A stretch of DNA of 64,000 nt from NCBI GenBank assembly GCA_003427395.1, contig BFEA01000032.1:3155454-3219453 (forward strand), in the 5' to 3' direction. Position numbers and translations under genes: made by a program. Origin of the DNA: Chara braunii. Lineage: Eukaryota; Plantae; Charophyceae. Positions 25,506-37,143 of the stretch are shown here, one piece after another (the first letter of the stretch is position 1; every line of letters starts with the position of its first letter). The notes beneath the pieces are model-generated. The model saw nothing but the letters and a program-made list of their open reading frames with translations, searched no databases and was not told where the DNA came from.

Positions 25506-25759
25506 ATTAAAGAGTAAGAGATACTGACGGCGGCCATTGTCATCTCTCAATTACTGCACGTGAGACCTTGCCATGGAAGGCCCGCGACCAAGTCGCTCTA
25601 CCGTCTTCCCCCGAACATAACTGAACCTGATAATGACTGCATACAAGCTATATTTCCAGTCAGATACAGCCGAATAGAGGGTGGGTTGTGTTGGGGTAAG
25701 ACCGTAGTGGGGGTTTAGTTTTTGATCCGTGTATTTTTCAACGCGGTAACACTGTGGCG

Positions 25760-25926
25760 GTGAGATTTTCAGATCGGATGGCAGGGAGCCATCTATACTG
25801 GGAACCGGAACTAAACCTCGACAAGTGGGACAAGTGGGACAAGGGTGAGATTTTCAGATCGGATGGCAGGAAGCCATCTATACTGGGAACCAGAACTAAA
25901 CCTCGACAAGTGGGACAGGTGGGACA
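25760..25926. repeat. ~85-bp tandem duplication with ACAAGTGGG sub-repeats
   Basis: GTGAGATTTTCAGATCGGATGGCAGG..AAACCTCGACAAGTGGGACA occurs twice. Confidence 0.9.
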
Positions 25927-26099
25927 TGGCCCGCGGGCCCAAGTCCCACTTGTTAAGCTGATTCTTCATTTCTGACTGCTGATATACGCAATCTAGGGCC
26001 AGAAACTGACAAATCGGATTGCACCCTTTCAGAACGTTGTGAGCTTTTCAATGAACTGAAAGAAAGGGGAATTTAGCTTTTCAATTAACTGAAAGGAAG

Positions 26100-26424
26100 G
26101 GGAAATTTGAGAAATAGCCCCGAAAGTTCACGCCTATACTAAAATAACCCCAAAAAAGGTGGGTAGAGCGGAATACCCCCCTGAAATTTCAAAAGTTTTT
26201 GAAATGCCCTTTTGGAATTTTAATCTTTGCATAAATATACCTCTGTCAGGGGCAAAAACGCAACTTGCACAATACCCTGATGGCGGTAGATTGGAAAGCC
26301 ATGAGATCCGAAAGGGCATTTGACGAAATTTTGAAATTTGAGGGGGGTATTCCACTCTACTCACATCTTCTAAGGGTAATTGAGCATATACGTGAGCTTT
26401 TCAGGGGTATTTTGCAAATTTCCC
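26100..26424. mobile_element. Mutator-like MITE with long TIRs
   Basis: GGGAAATTTG..CCCCGAAAGTTCACG versus CGTGAGCTTTTCAGGGG..CAAATTTCCC. Inverted similarity extends about 100 bp. Confidence 0.75.
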
Positions 26425-26564
26425 AAAAAAAAGACCGGCAGTTTCCGACTGTGTCCCAAGCACGAAGGGGAGGAAGTCGAAGTCCGTCCCGGGCCCAGGT
26501 CCCGATTACATCGACGGATTCTTCACGTCGGGCCGTTGATTCTTTTTTCCTTTTTTCTTTTCTC

Positions 26565-26636
26565 TCCTTGCGCAGGGGTCATGCTAATCATCTCTGCATC
26601 GTCGCTCCAATTTTAGTAGCGGATGCCCCCGAGGAC
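26565..26636 (-). pseudogene. U6: 3'-truncated U6 snRNA retrocopy with A-rich tail and 15-bp TSD
   Basis: Minus strand GTCCTCGGGGGCATCCGCTACTAAAATTGGAGCGACGATGCAGAGATGATTAGCATGACCCCTGCGCAAGGA, then GAGAAAAGAAAAAAGG. Direct repeat CGTTGATTCTTTTTT at 26534-26548 and 26638-26652. Confidence 0.92.
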
Positions 26637-27220
26637 GCGTTGATTCTTTTTTTTTTTTTGTAATTCATTTTTTGGAGTCATCAGTTGCTCAGAACGAGCA
26701 ACGTCAGTGCTAAGTAAATGGGACCGCAACGCCAGGGGGCTTCCCCTGCAAAATGCCCAGGCTATCTCGGCGGTATCCCAGGAATTTCCCGGGTTGGAAA
26801 AAAAAAAAAAAAAAACAGAAGTACAATATCAAAACAATCAAATAATTAAAATAACGTTTTTTTTTTTCCTTTTTCCCGGTTGTTGTAACTTTTGAGACTC
26901 AGCGAAAATGCTCGTACAAAAAAAAAAAAGAAAAAAAAAAGCTCGTACTAAGGCAAACTGGGTAATAATGCTAATGCTACCAGGGGACCCGGTCTGGTCC
27001 CACCTACCGCTGTTGAGTTTAGAAACTTAACGGTGTGATGCAATTTCTACATTAATAAATTCGAAACAAGAAAAGAAAAAAAAAAAACCTCCGACGGGTT
27101 GAATTCCGAGGTCCCTGGCCTCAAATTGAATTTTATTTTTTGCAACATCAATCGACTAAGTTTCATTAAAATAAAAAAAGTAGAAAAAAAGTAATAGCAA
27201 CAGTAAAAAAGAAAAACAGG

Positions 27221-27258
<38 letters not shown>

Positions 27259-27264
27259 CCTTAC

Positions 27265-27789
27265 CACTGCCAAAGTGTTCCCCACTCTGCCCACTCTGAG
27301 AGCGGCCCTGAGTCGAATGGTGAAGGGCACGTGGCCGTACAGATAGGACTCGTGATAGGTGTCGAGTGTCTCCTCGGCCGCCTTGACGTGCTTCTTCTGT
27401 CCGCTCTTGTCCCATTCAAACAGTTTGTCTCGAGCCCTCGTCACTATCTTCGCAAACCGGCGAAATTTCCTCTTCACCGTATTCCACCTCGAATCTCTCA
27501 GTTTGCTAAACTGTCTGTTGCTTGCATTGAAGCTCTTCATTCTCAAGACTCTCTCCCTTATCGACGACTTCGACCCAAATGACCGCCCATCCGACGTTCC
27601 TCTTTCTATCGACCCGCCCCGCGTTGATTGCCTCCCAGGAGCGCGCGTCGAATCCTTTCCCACCGAATCCGATGTTCCCCTTTCCAATTTTCTGCCCATC
27701 GACTCCGTCCAAGGTTTCGAAGAAGAAGAAGAAGGTCCCAACATTGGTTTGGGAGATGCAAAGGAGTCTCCTCTTCTGTTTTCCGCCAT
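27265..27789 (-). CDS. Probable first coding exon (175 codons) of a host gene; product unassigned
   Basis: ATG in ATAATGGCG context; uninterrupted non-TE-like ORF; ends at a phase-0 donor GTG|GTAAGG followed by (TG)n and T-rich intron-like sequence. Confidence 0.75.
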
Positions 27790-28312
27790 TATGATATTGA
27801 AATCTAGAAGAAGGGCCCGAACCGAAGTGTGGACAAACTAGATAAATTAGATGATAATAAGTTAGAAATTTTTGAACGCTATGGCCAAAAAAAAATACTA
27901 ATTACCTGAAGCCTGAAGAGACTAATTAGCATTGGCACTAGTACTAATTGGAAAAAGAACTAATCAGCAAAATTTAATAATCAAATGCATTGCCTGAACC
28001 GCTTGCTTCAAAAACTCTTAGCAAGCACTGGGACTAAATTAGACTCCCTCTCGCTATAACTGCGCGAAGTTCCTTCTTCACTCTCCCTGCTCTACTGCCC
28101 GCTAATTCCTGTCCTTTCCGCTCTGTCCGTCTTATCTTCTCTCCTCTCCTCTCTTATCCTCTCCTTTCCTTTCCTTTCCTCTCCTCTCCTCTCCCCTCCT
28201 TTCCTCATCCCCCCCCCCCCCCCTCCCCCCCCCCCAAAAAAAAAACAACCACCACCGTGACGCCAATCTCCACTCCCCCGGCCTTTCTTCCGGGGTTCCT
28301 AACTCGCCGAAT

Positions 28313-28712
28313 TTTGTTTCCTCTTCGTCAACGTCGCTGAGTCCATATCGCCTTCCCGCGACTTCGTTATCCTCTTCTTCCTCAAAACCTCAACAAAACA
28401 CGAAATTATTTTTTTTTCCTCTTCGTCCTCATAACTCGAATTCGTTTCCTCGTCTTCGTCAAAACCTCAATACACGAAATTAATTCGCTTCCCCTTCTTC
28501 CTCAAAACACAAAATCAATATTCGTTTCCTCCTCTTCGTCATAACTCGAAATCAATTCGTTTCCTCTTCTTCGTCAAAACTCGAACCTTTTGTTTCCTCC
28601 TCTTCGTCAAAACTCGACTCTGTTGTTTCCTCGTCTTCGTCAAAACTCGACTCTGGTGTTTCCTCGTCCTCGTCAAAACTCGACCCTGTTGTTTCCTATT
28701 CTTCGTCAAAAC
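28313..28712. repeat. Tandem array of ~30-bp units (TGTTTCCTCGTCTTCGTCAAAACTCGA)
   Basis: About ten copies, regular at 28560-28712 and more diverged leftward. Confidence 0.9.
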
Positions 28713-28932
28713 TCTTTACCAAGTTAACTTAAGAATTTGCTTTGAAATCCCGTCTATGGAGCATATTCATCGATCAGACCTCGCATATTCATCGATCAGA
28801 CCTCGCTGATAACCGCGCGGCGCTCACTTCAACCTTCGTTGCGCTGATAACCGAGCACTCCCTCGAACTTCGATCTGATGATGATGACGAAGCAGAGAAT
28901 TTCGATACGTCGGGGGCTAAAGGAACGTCGAT

Positions 28933-29037
28933 GTCCTCCGGGACATCCGTCCGTAAGAATTGATTGGAATCAGACAGAGAATCTCGATTAGCATGCCATT
29001 GGCCCCTGTGCAAGGATGACACGCATGAAACGAGAAA
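28933..29037 (+). pseudogene. U6: U6 snRNA copy with several micro-duplications
   Basis: GTCCTCCGGGACATCCG(TCCG)TAAGAATTG(ATTG)GAATCAGACAGAGAA(TCTC)GATTAGCATG..GCCCCTGTGCAAGGATGACACGCATGAAACGAGAAA. Flanked by CGTCGA at 28926-28931 and 29041-29046. No upstream TATA or oligo-T terminator seen. Confidence 0.88.
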
Positions 29038-29517
29038 AAGCGTCGACTCGGAAGAAAAGTACCTTCCTCCGGCGAAGGGGGGTGCTCCCCCGGAGGAAGA
29101 GGCCAATTTCGATGCAGCTACGATGAGAGGTCAATTCCGATGCTATGAGAATTTCTAGAGGTGTATTATCTTCTCTGTGAAGGAGGAATTCCAAACATGG
29201 ACTTCGGATAGTCAACATTCTACTGTCGGTGAGATTGCTGAGAACTTTCCTCCCGATCAGACCAGGAGGTTCCTATCATGACAATGAAAGCCACGTTCGC
29301 CGCCAGATACAAACTACTAATCATAGCTCAGTATCGACAGCAATTCTCCCCGTGCACCCAGCGGTTCGCCGAATACAACTATCATCGCCCAATGTCGACA
29401 GCAATTCTCCAGCGGGGTCCACATGCTATCCCCGCTAATTTTTAAAAGTGCAGCTTGTGCACGCTACAATGCGGCTACATCCCCCAAAGTCAAACCTAGC
29501 CTTCAAGGACCATTCAT

Positions 29518-29543
29518 CTCTCTCTCTCTCTCTCTAGGACCAT

Positions 29544-29632
<89 letters not shown>

Positions 29633-29776
29633 CTCTCCCCCTCCGTACCTACCTACCTACCTTCCTTCACGTGGCATCCCCGATTGGCGTGTTTGTCTGT
29701 GCGAGGACTCCCCTGAGTGGCGTGTTTGTCTGTGTGAGAACTCCCCGGCCTGCGTGTACATTGCTCTCTCTCTCTC

Positions 29777-29820
<44 letters not shown>
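29518..29820. repeat. (CT)n and (CA)n microsatellites
   Basis: Directly visible. Confidence 0.95.
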
Positions 29821-29822
<2 letters not shown>

Positions 29823-30235
29823 ACCTGCCGACCTAGCTACATCCTCGACTGGCGTGTTTGTCTGTGTGAGGACTCTCCTGAGCGCCCTCGCCGCACCACC
29901 CTCGCCGCACTACCTCGCCAAAATTCCCTTTTTTTTTTTCTTTTTTTTTTTTTGGCCAATTAATTCAGTTATCTGTCGAATCTGAACAGGACGGCCTTTC
30001 AGGCCTTTTTTATTGTCATCATATTACGGGGAACCCCGTAGCAGCCACATCCGTGCTCAAGCCAACAAGCTCGGTCCTGGCTGATCCCTGGCCGGTATCG
30101 CCTACCTGCTGTAGCCGGTCTCGCACCAGGTCCTGCTGGTGGGTGCGAAGTTCCCTTTTCAACGAGTAGCATCCCTGCATGGCCAGACTGCCGGTCTGGA
30201 CAGGTGGAAAACCTGACCAATTTTATTTTTTTTTT

Positions 30236-30640
30236 GAAAAACATTTTGATATGCCCCTGAAAGTTCGTTTTATTTGCGGTGTGCCCCTCTGAGGTCAGAC
30301 TTAGCCTCTGGCGCCCCTCTGACAACGATTGAAGTTTCAGAAAAAACCCTGGCATTGTTTGCGCCTGAAATATGTCCAATATGCCCCTACCAGTACCCAT
30401 TCCAAATATTCAGTATGCCCTGGTAGCTCCCTTCCCACCCTGGTAGCTCCCTTCCCACGGCCAGGGGAAGGGCCGCGAGTGCCCCCAGCGGCCACAGGGG
30501 CATGCTGGAAGGTTGCGCCCCTCACTGACAGGGGGCTGCAGGAAAGCTCAGAGGCCCCTGGGGCACGGCAGGCTAAGTCGGCCATCGGAGGGGCACGCCA
30601 CAAATAAATCAAACTTTCAGGGGCATATCAAGTATTCTCC
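30236..30640. mobile_element. Mutator-like MITE
   Basis: TTGATATGCCCCTGAAAGTT..TTTATTTGCGGTGTGCCCCTC versus GAGGGGCACGCCACAAATAAA..AACTTTCAGGGGCATATCAA; T-rich flanks. Confidence 0.8.
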
Positions 30641-30780
30641 ATTTTCTTTTCCTCAAAAGTAAGACACGTTCTTCTCTCGACTTCACCTCACACCCGGCCA
30701 AGAGCTCCTACCTTACGGTCTCCGTGCAGTACTCTCCAACTCTCCAATTTGGAGAGTTTTTCATGGCTGCACTCAGGGCG

Positions 30781-30907
30781 TACTCACACTAGGCCCTCAA
30801 AATCACAAAATCAGCGGCCGGATTGAGTCGTTGTAAAAGGAGGACTTGATCTGGCTGCTCGTTTTGCGATTTTGTGATTTTGAGGGCCTGGTGTGACTGT
30901 GTGAGTA
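30781..30907. repeat. Short inverted repeat / tiny MITE
   Basis: GGCCCTCAAAATCACAAAATC ... GATTTTGTGATTTTGAGGGCC. Confidence 0.8.
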
Positions 30908-31899
30908 TACTCTAACTATCCGATTCCACTACCCAAATACCTGTCAGTAAAGAGTGCCCAGCCTGCAAAATTCGTTACGCCCATAGACCTTTGAGGAACT
31001 CATGGTAGGACCTCAAGAAAGGACCTCAAGAATGTGCCTGGTGTGAAGCTCAACCTCACGCCCTGCGCTGCTTCCCAGTTGGAGCGTTTTGGTTTGCGGA
31101 AGGGCCCCGGGAAGCCAGCAAAGATGCGGTGTGCCAAGGTTTTTTGGCAAAGTTGAGTGTGGGGACAGGCAGAACCAAAATCCCCCGTGTTGGTCCGACC
31201 CTAGTAAGAAGGAGGTACGTCGCCGAGCGGGTTTAAGGGAGAGAAAGGCGCATGCGGGGCTCGCGGCTATGGGAAAATCAATCCAAAAAGTATCGCTGAA
31301 CTTCCCAACGAGCCGTCGCTCTTTGTTTCGCGTGAAAGGGGCCGGGTACACACGTGGTATCCCGTTTACGGATGAGGTCTCGTCGGTGCTCGTTATGCAA
31401 CTCCGAGTCCGACGTGGAGGGCTTCAATCGAGTAGCCCTCTCCATATATCCGTCTCACTACGCGTGCGGTAGTGGAAACCCTTGGCTCGGTAACGCTCGA
31501 AGCGGCAACAATCGCTGCACAGAGTGTTAGGCCAACGAGGCTCTACTGCCGTCCACGGGATGACGATCAAATCGTTAAATGGCAACAACAACGAATAGCC
31601 TATTAGGGCGGGAAGTGCGTATCAACATTAACAAAACCCGCACCGACGAATCCAGAACACCGAGTTTCGGGAGGAAAATAGTAGCGCTCACCGATCCTAG
31701 CGACGACTTCTCGTATGTCCCACTCGCATACACGTGTCCTTTCCTCGTTGTACGGGAAGGGGCGCGGCGGGGCACGGGAAGCTGGCGCCCAGTCGGGTTG
31801 GGGCCGTCAATCCACATGGCAACAAAAGCAAGCACAAAATTTTTTCCTAACCATACATCATTCGTTCGACACTCTGAGCAGCCAGATCATCCAATCGAT

Positions 31900-33406
31900 C
31901 AGCCAATCATCATCTAAGTCATGTTACAACAAGCTCTCTAGTACGACCCAGTCGGACCCACTGCATGCACATATCAAAGTGAGAGAAGCAAAGTTACTAT
32001 AATCAATCTATTATAACAAACATAACAGAAGGAGAGAGTGAGGGAGAATAGACACAGATCAGACGGGAGGAAAGAGTAGAAAGCAATCACAGAATGTTTG
32101 ACGATCTTGTCAGGGGAAATTCCGCCTTAGAAGCCGAGTGATCAGAACTCACGCTCGAAGATACAGATTTTGGGACAAAAAGAGGTGCTTCCGCTATAAG
32201 ATTCCACCATGGGCCCAGGCCATGTGTTCACTCAACTCCCGATTCGAACCTCTCACGAGCACTGGCGAATCTGTGGCGATCCCGACCGTCACGTGCTAAT
32301 CCACCGTAGCGATCGTCACCCCGCCAACTTAGTCTCTGCACAGTCTGGCCCGGATCCCACAATCCGACGGGCGATCCAGCGCACAGCCGACAAGACTAAA
32401 GCCAGCCCGTCAGGATTCTTTGACTCGCCCTTCACACACACCCTCTAGCCACTGCTTCCCGGAAGCTGGCAGATGAGTTGAGAGAGAGATTTTCGGGAGT
32501 GCTTGCGGACTTTATAACTGTGGAAAAAGAGATAGACGCTAGGAAGGGTTAGGACTGAGGTAGGAAGGGGTAGGGGGAAGTTCGGGGATAATCGTCCGTC
32601 GAAAGTCATGTCGATCCTTCGGAGCCCAGTCGTAGCCAATCAGAATCGTCGTGTAACAGGTATATCCTTCTTACACGACTCGTCTCCTTGGCTAGAGGGG
32701 AGGAGGAGGAAATCATCAGGGTATTCAGGCGCAAGGTTTAGAGCGGGAAGAAGAAAAACGCGAAGGATAGCACGAAACGGAACCAAGATTCAGACAATCA
32801 AGAAAGGGAAAGGGCATGCGAGGCGAGGGAGAGATGGAAAACGGTTATAGAGAGAGAAGGAGTGTGAACGGGAAGAAGAGAGTGTCGAAGGTAGCGAGGG
32901 AAGCAGGGAGGGGAGGTTCGCGTGCATGGCGTCGACGCGGAGGCAAAAAAGGCACCGAAACAGTTACAGCTAATTCAAAATTGAAAAGTACCATATCCGC
33001 GCGTAAAGCGAGCATGAGAAAAAGTCTTATACCTATTCTGATTCCTACGAAAATTCCCAAAGTTTTCCGAGACGAAGTCGAGAACATTCATGCACAAGAA
33101 ATGACACGTCAGGTTCCGCTCATTCCGGAATTCCTAACTGTCGACCCAAATTCCTAGCGTGCTCACTAAGGCGCGCGCAATTCCCATGTATTTCCCGAAT
33201 TGCGAAAAAATTAAATTCCAAAAGCTGATCTAAAAAAGTTGACGAAGGTCCTGAGAAGGACGGGCCTCCCTGATTACGAACAATGCACATTAATTCATGG
33301 AAATACAAAAAGAGGCCCCTTTCGACCTATTTGCAAGAACACCAAAATGCGAAAAAGAGGGTGGGGAGTTGGAAGATGGCGCAGGTCTAGAGGTTGGCAC
33401 GTCACA
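31900..33406 (-). mobile_element. LTR-like sequence
   Basis: Ends ..GTCACA (TGTGAC on minus). Shares blocks (CGTCACG..GTCACCCCGC..TTAGTC; GAAAAAGTC..ATTCCTA) with 55420-56860. Confidence 0.5.
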
Positions 33407-35769
33407 TATGTGATGCTCAGGGGGTTCTAAAATTATGCGATCTCCTGATTGCATGCACGAAAGTTAGTTTACATGGCGAAGGGGGAAGGAGGAGGTGAGG
33501 AGATGAATGAGGAACCCCGCGTATCAGAACGAACAAAATCTTGTATAAGCACTAGATCGAGCAGGGGGCCATGTTGACGCCAACTTCAATAATTGCAATA
33601 TCTTCACGAATTTGCCGGCTCCGGGCTTTCGAGATCTTCTACCATCCAGCCCTGTCATGTGCAGCTCCCTGCTTCTTTGATCGGAGGTGGTCGTGTCGAA
33701 TCTTGCCTGGTTCTGCTTCATCACTGGAAGTTCGCTCTAGGTCATTCAGCAGGGAGCGGAGGGAAGTAATCGGATGCTTCGTCACAAAGATCGACAAAGT
33801 GGGCGATTCAGTGCGTTCGAGGGAATCGATGGTTGGGTCGGGAGAGGGAGAGGAGGTAGTCGGGATACAGGGTAGGGATAGTGCGAAGGATATTATCGCG
33901 TAGGGACTCATAGTCCTCTACTGCGGGAAAGGTTTCAGGGATGATGCAGTACAACCCCATATGGTTGTACTGTCTCCAGGCGACAATGAAGAGAAGGATG
34001 TTGAGGGGGAAGGACGGGGAGCGATGAGGGAAAACTGTGCATAAGAGTCGTATGACAAAGTGGTGACAAAAGAGCTGGTTGGCGAAAATGCTGCAGTTTA
34101 GATGGAACTCGATGAGGGGAAGAGGAGAAAAGGGGAGGTAATCAAGAGGGCAGCGGTAGATCGGACGAGGATGGAGCGCCCGTGCGGGGAGGAGGACGGG
34201 GACAAAGCGCGGAGAGGGTGGAGGAGGGAGATGGGGAGCGGGGGCGGTGGTGCTGACGGGAGGATTTTGCGCCATCGTGTTAACTGGCGGCGTCGACAGG
34301 GACTTCGGGGATCAGAGCAGATCCTCCCCATGCAGCAGGTGGTGCTCAGGCCGGCGGGGCCCCCTGGGGCTCCGGTGCTGATGCCTCTTCTTCTTCTTTC
34401 GACGTTGATCAAGCTTCCGACTCTTCTTCTGCTGACAGACCTACGATGGCTATGCGACCTGGATCGTCGTCCGATGGCACTTATATTGGCTCCGTTAGGG
34501 TCGAGTTCCACTACTCGAAAGCAGTCAGAAAACTTGGGAGCGAGTTTCCGGGCACGTGCACATTTATGTACCTGCACTAGGTCCCCTAATTTATATTGGT
34601 GTTGTGGGCCTGCATTCCCATTATGGGCCTCGTAACTACGGACCTGCCTACCATCGGCTAGTTCGTTCATTTTCTGCCTTTTTCGGGCTAGCCTAGGGAT
34701 AACCTTTTCCATCAATTCCGCAAACCATTTACCTTTGGCCTTGTGGGCCGACCGCGTGTCCCTTGACTCCCTTCCCCCTTTTTTGGCATTTTCCGAGGCA
34801 CTTCGGTTGTTGACACATAGGATACTATTGGTTCGAAGCTGAAAGGGGAGAAATCCAGTGTACTCATGAGGGGTCGCTCGATGGATCCCGACGATTTGAT
34901 ACACTATCTCGGGCCAAGGACGCGTGTCATTGGTCGCTAAGTTCCTGCGAAGAGCGGTCTTGATCATGCAGTTCGGATTCTCGGCTAATCCGTTAGACTG
35001 AGAGACATGGGGAGCAGTGTATCGAAAAGTAACGCCACGACGCATCACTAATTCCTCTACCCAGCTTTGAATTCAGACCCATTGTCGGTTAGAATCTCTT
35101 CTGTATCTAGATGGGTATTGAGGAATCGGTCGATGTACGTAGCTATCTCTGAGGCCTTACGTATCTTACAGGGGTGAACTTCGATGTACTTCGAGAAATG
35201 GTTGATCAACACCAAGAGAATGGAGTACTCACAATGGTTGGGGCCAGGTGGCACGTCAATATTTGTCATGTCCATACTGACTCACTGGAAAGGATGTTCT
35301 ACCTCTGTCGAAACTATCGTGTTTGGCCCACGAAGGGGCGCACGATCGGCAGCACCTACTAGACAGTTAGCAACCACATGCCTCACACTATCGTTAATAT
35401 TATACCAGAACCATCGATTTTGATCGATGGTCGCTTCAGTGACACGTACCGCAAAATGAGCGGCCTGCTCCTCATGTGCCGATTTTGTCCAGTCATATCG
35501 TTGAAACGGGTGGGGAACTGTCAACTATAATCCCGATCCATCTGTTTTACGTTTTTCCAAATGACGGTCGATCCATCTGTAATCTCGGGACCTTTCGGAG
35601 TCTCGGGGGCCCGACGCCTGTCATGCTTAGTGAGATGGTCTAGAGGTTTGCCAGCTAATTTAGACAATAATATTTTATCGGTCCATACTTCAGCCCTTCA
35701 GTATTTTTTATCGTATTCGGGGCCGTCAACTCTGGTGGCCTCGAATTGAACTTTCGTAGAAAGCTTGTC

Positions 35770-35940
35770 CGTTCGACACAGAGGGCACTTCAACGCCTTA
35801 CTACTCGTTCGATATCGAACACACACGTCATGTGCACGATTGACACACGTGGCACACTCTACCCAGTCAGTGAACCCCGACTCAAAGGGATAGCAATCTA
35901 CCCCATAAACCCGTGAAATACACGTGCAAAAATAATAGAA
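35770..35940 (-). other. PHD-type zinc finger coding segment within the retroelement
   Basis: YFCTC-x21-CATC-x4-H-x2-C-x11-CPLC, a Cys4-His-Cys3 arrangement. Confidence 0.8.
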
Positions 35941-36039
35941 CTTGTCCGGAAGATTGCCAAAAAATTCCAAATGAGGAGGAGGGGAATCAATGGGGTTGAA
36001 AGGAGCAGAAGAAGAAGGGGTCGTCATTGTTTCGGGAAA

Positions 36040-36041
<2 letters not shown>

Positions 36042-36124
<83 letters not shown>
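36042..36124. repeat. (GA)n microsatellite at the RNase H / PHD junction
   Basis: Directly visible. Confidence 0.98.
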
Positions 36125-36125
<1 letters not shown>

Positions 36126-37143
36126 AAGCACGTATCCACTCAATCCTTCAAAAAGATCTCCACTTTACTGTACTGGGGCTCATTCTTTGGCTCCGGATTG
36201 TGCCAAGATGTCACTTCCTCACTCCTAGGAACCTCGTCGGGACGATGCAATCGTGTCAGTCCGTCCGCGTTGCCGTGTTTCTCGTATTTCCCATGACGAA
36301 TGTCAAAGTCCATGCTCTGCAACATGGTAGTCCATCGTCCGATCATACCCGAGTAATCCTTGGACTTCTTCAGAGCCAACAGTGGTTCATGATCAATCAC
36401 CAATGTGAACTTCCGACCATATAAATAAGCTCGGAAGTGACTAATTCCCCTCAAGGCCGCATAGCATTCTCCTATTGGAGCGGAGTAGTTCCGCTTCTAA
36501 GTTGCAGGAAGGGACCGATTTATACACATATTCCACCGCGTGTTCCAGGCCATCAGGTCCCACGTGGGCCAAGATCGCTGAGATCGCCTCGGGCTACCAA
36601 TCGGTGATGAGAACAAAAGGTTTTTCGGGGTCCAATCTAGAGCCGCCTTAAGTTCCCGAAAGGCCTGATCGCAATGCGGGGCCCAGATCAACGGCTGATT
36701 TTTTTTCAACAAGTTTATGAGTGGTTTTGCAATCACTGCAAACCCCATGATAAACCTCTGATAGTACGATGCCAGTCCCAAAAAGGCACGTACTTGTGTT
36801 ACTAACGTTGGCAACGGCACGTCTTTTACGGGTGCAACTTTTTGCGGTTCCACCTGCAATTCTTTGTCCGTAACCACGTGGCCGAGAAAGAAGATCTCTG
36901 TGAGAAAAAACTGACATTTCTCGAGAGCCACCTTGAATCCAACATCCTTCAGTGCGTGCAGCGTCCACTCGATGTATTGCACGTGCCTTTCGTAGAAACT
37001 TGAATATACAAGGATATCATCCATATATACTATCACACAATAATTGATAATGCTCTGCGCCAACCTCGTTTTTCACACGAAAATATGGAAGGCCATATTC
37101 ATCGCGCGCTGAAACGTGGTTGGGGCATTGCAAATTCTCATTG

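Larger units (their letters stand above)
34300..37140 (-). mobile_element. Decayed Ty3/Gypsy pol: RT, RNase H, PHD-like finger, integrase
   Basis: CNAPTTFQRAMN; IVYMDDILVYS; VRAFLGLASYY; LVIDHEPL; HGNADGLTR; C4HC3 finger; HFAVR..C; ILTDNGSEF; QSNGLAE; KLAPKFSDCF. Confidence 0.9.

Noticed and set aside
28313-28712. CRISPR-like array
   Set aside because: Linkers are only a few bases long and related to one another, the context is eukaryotic, and no cas genes are present. It is a minisatellite.
28933-29037. Functional U6 gene
   Set aside because: Insertions disrupt conserved regions, and there is no oligo-T terminator or upstream TATA. The other copies are likewise truncated or disrupted.
34285-34305. 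PBS-like TGGCGGCGTCGACAGGGAC on the plus strand
   Set aside because: Not preceded by an LTR CA end, and opposite in orientation to the adjacent pol.
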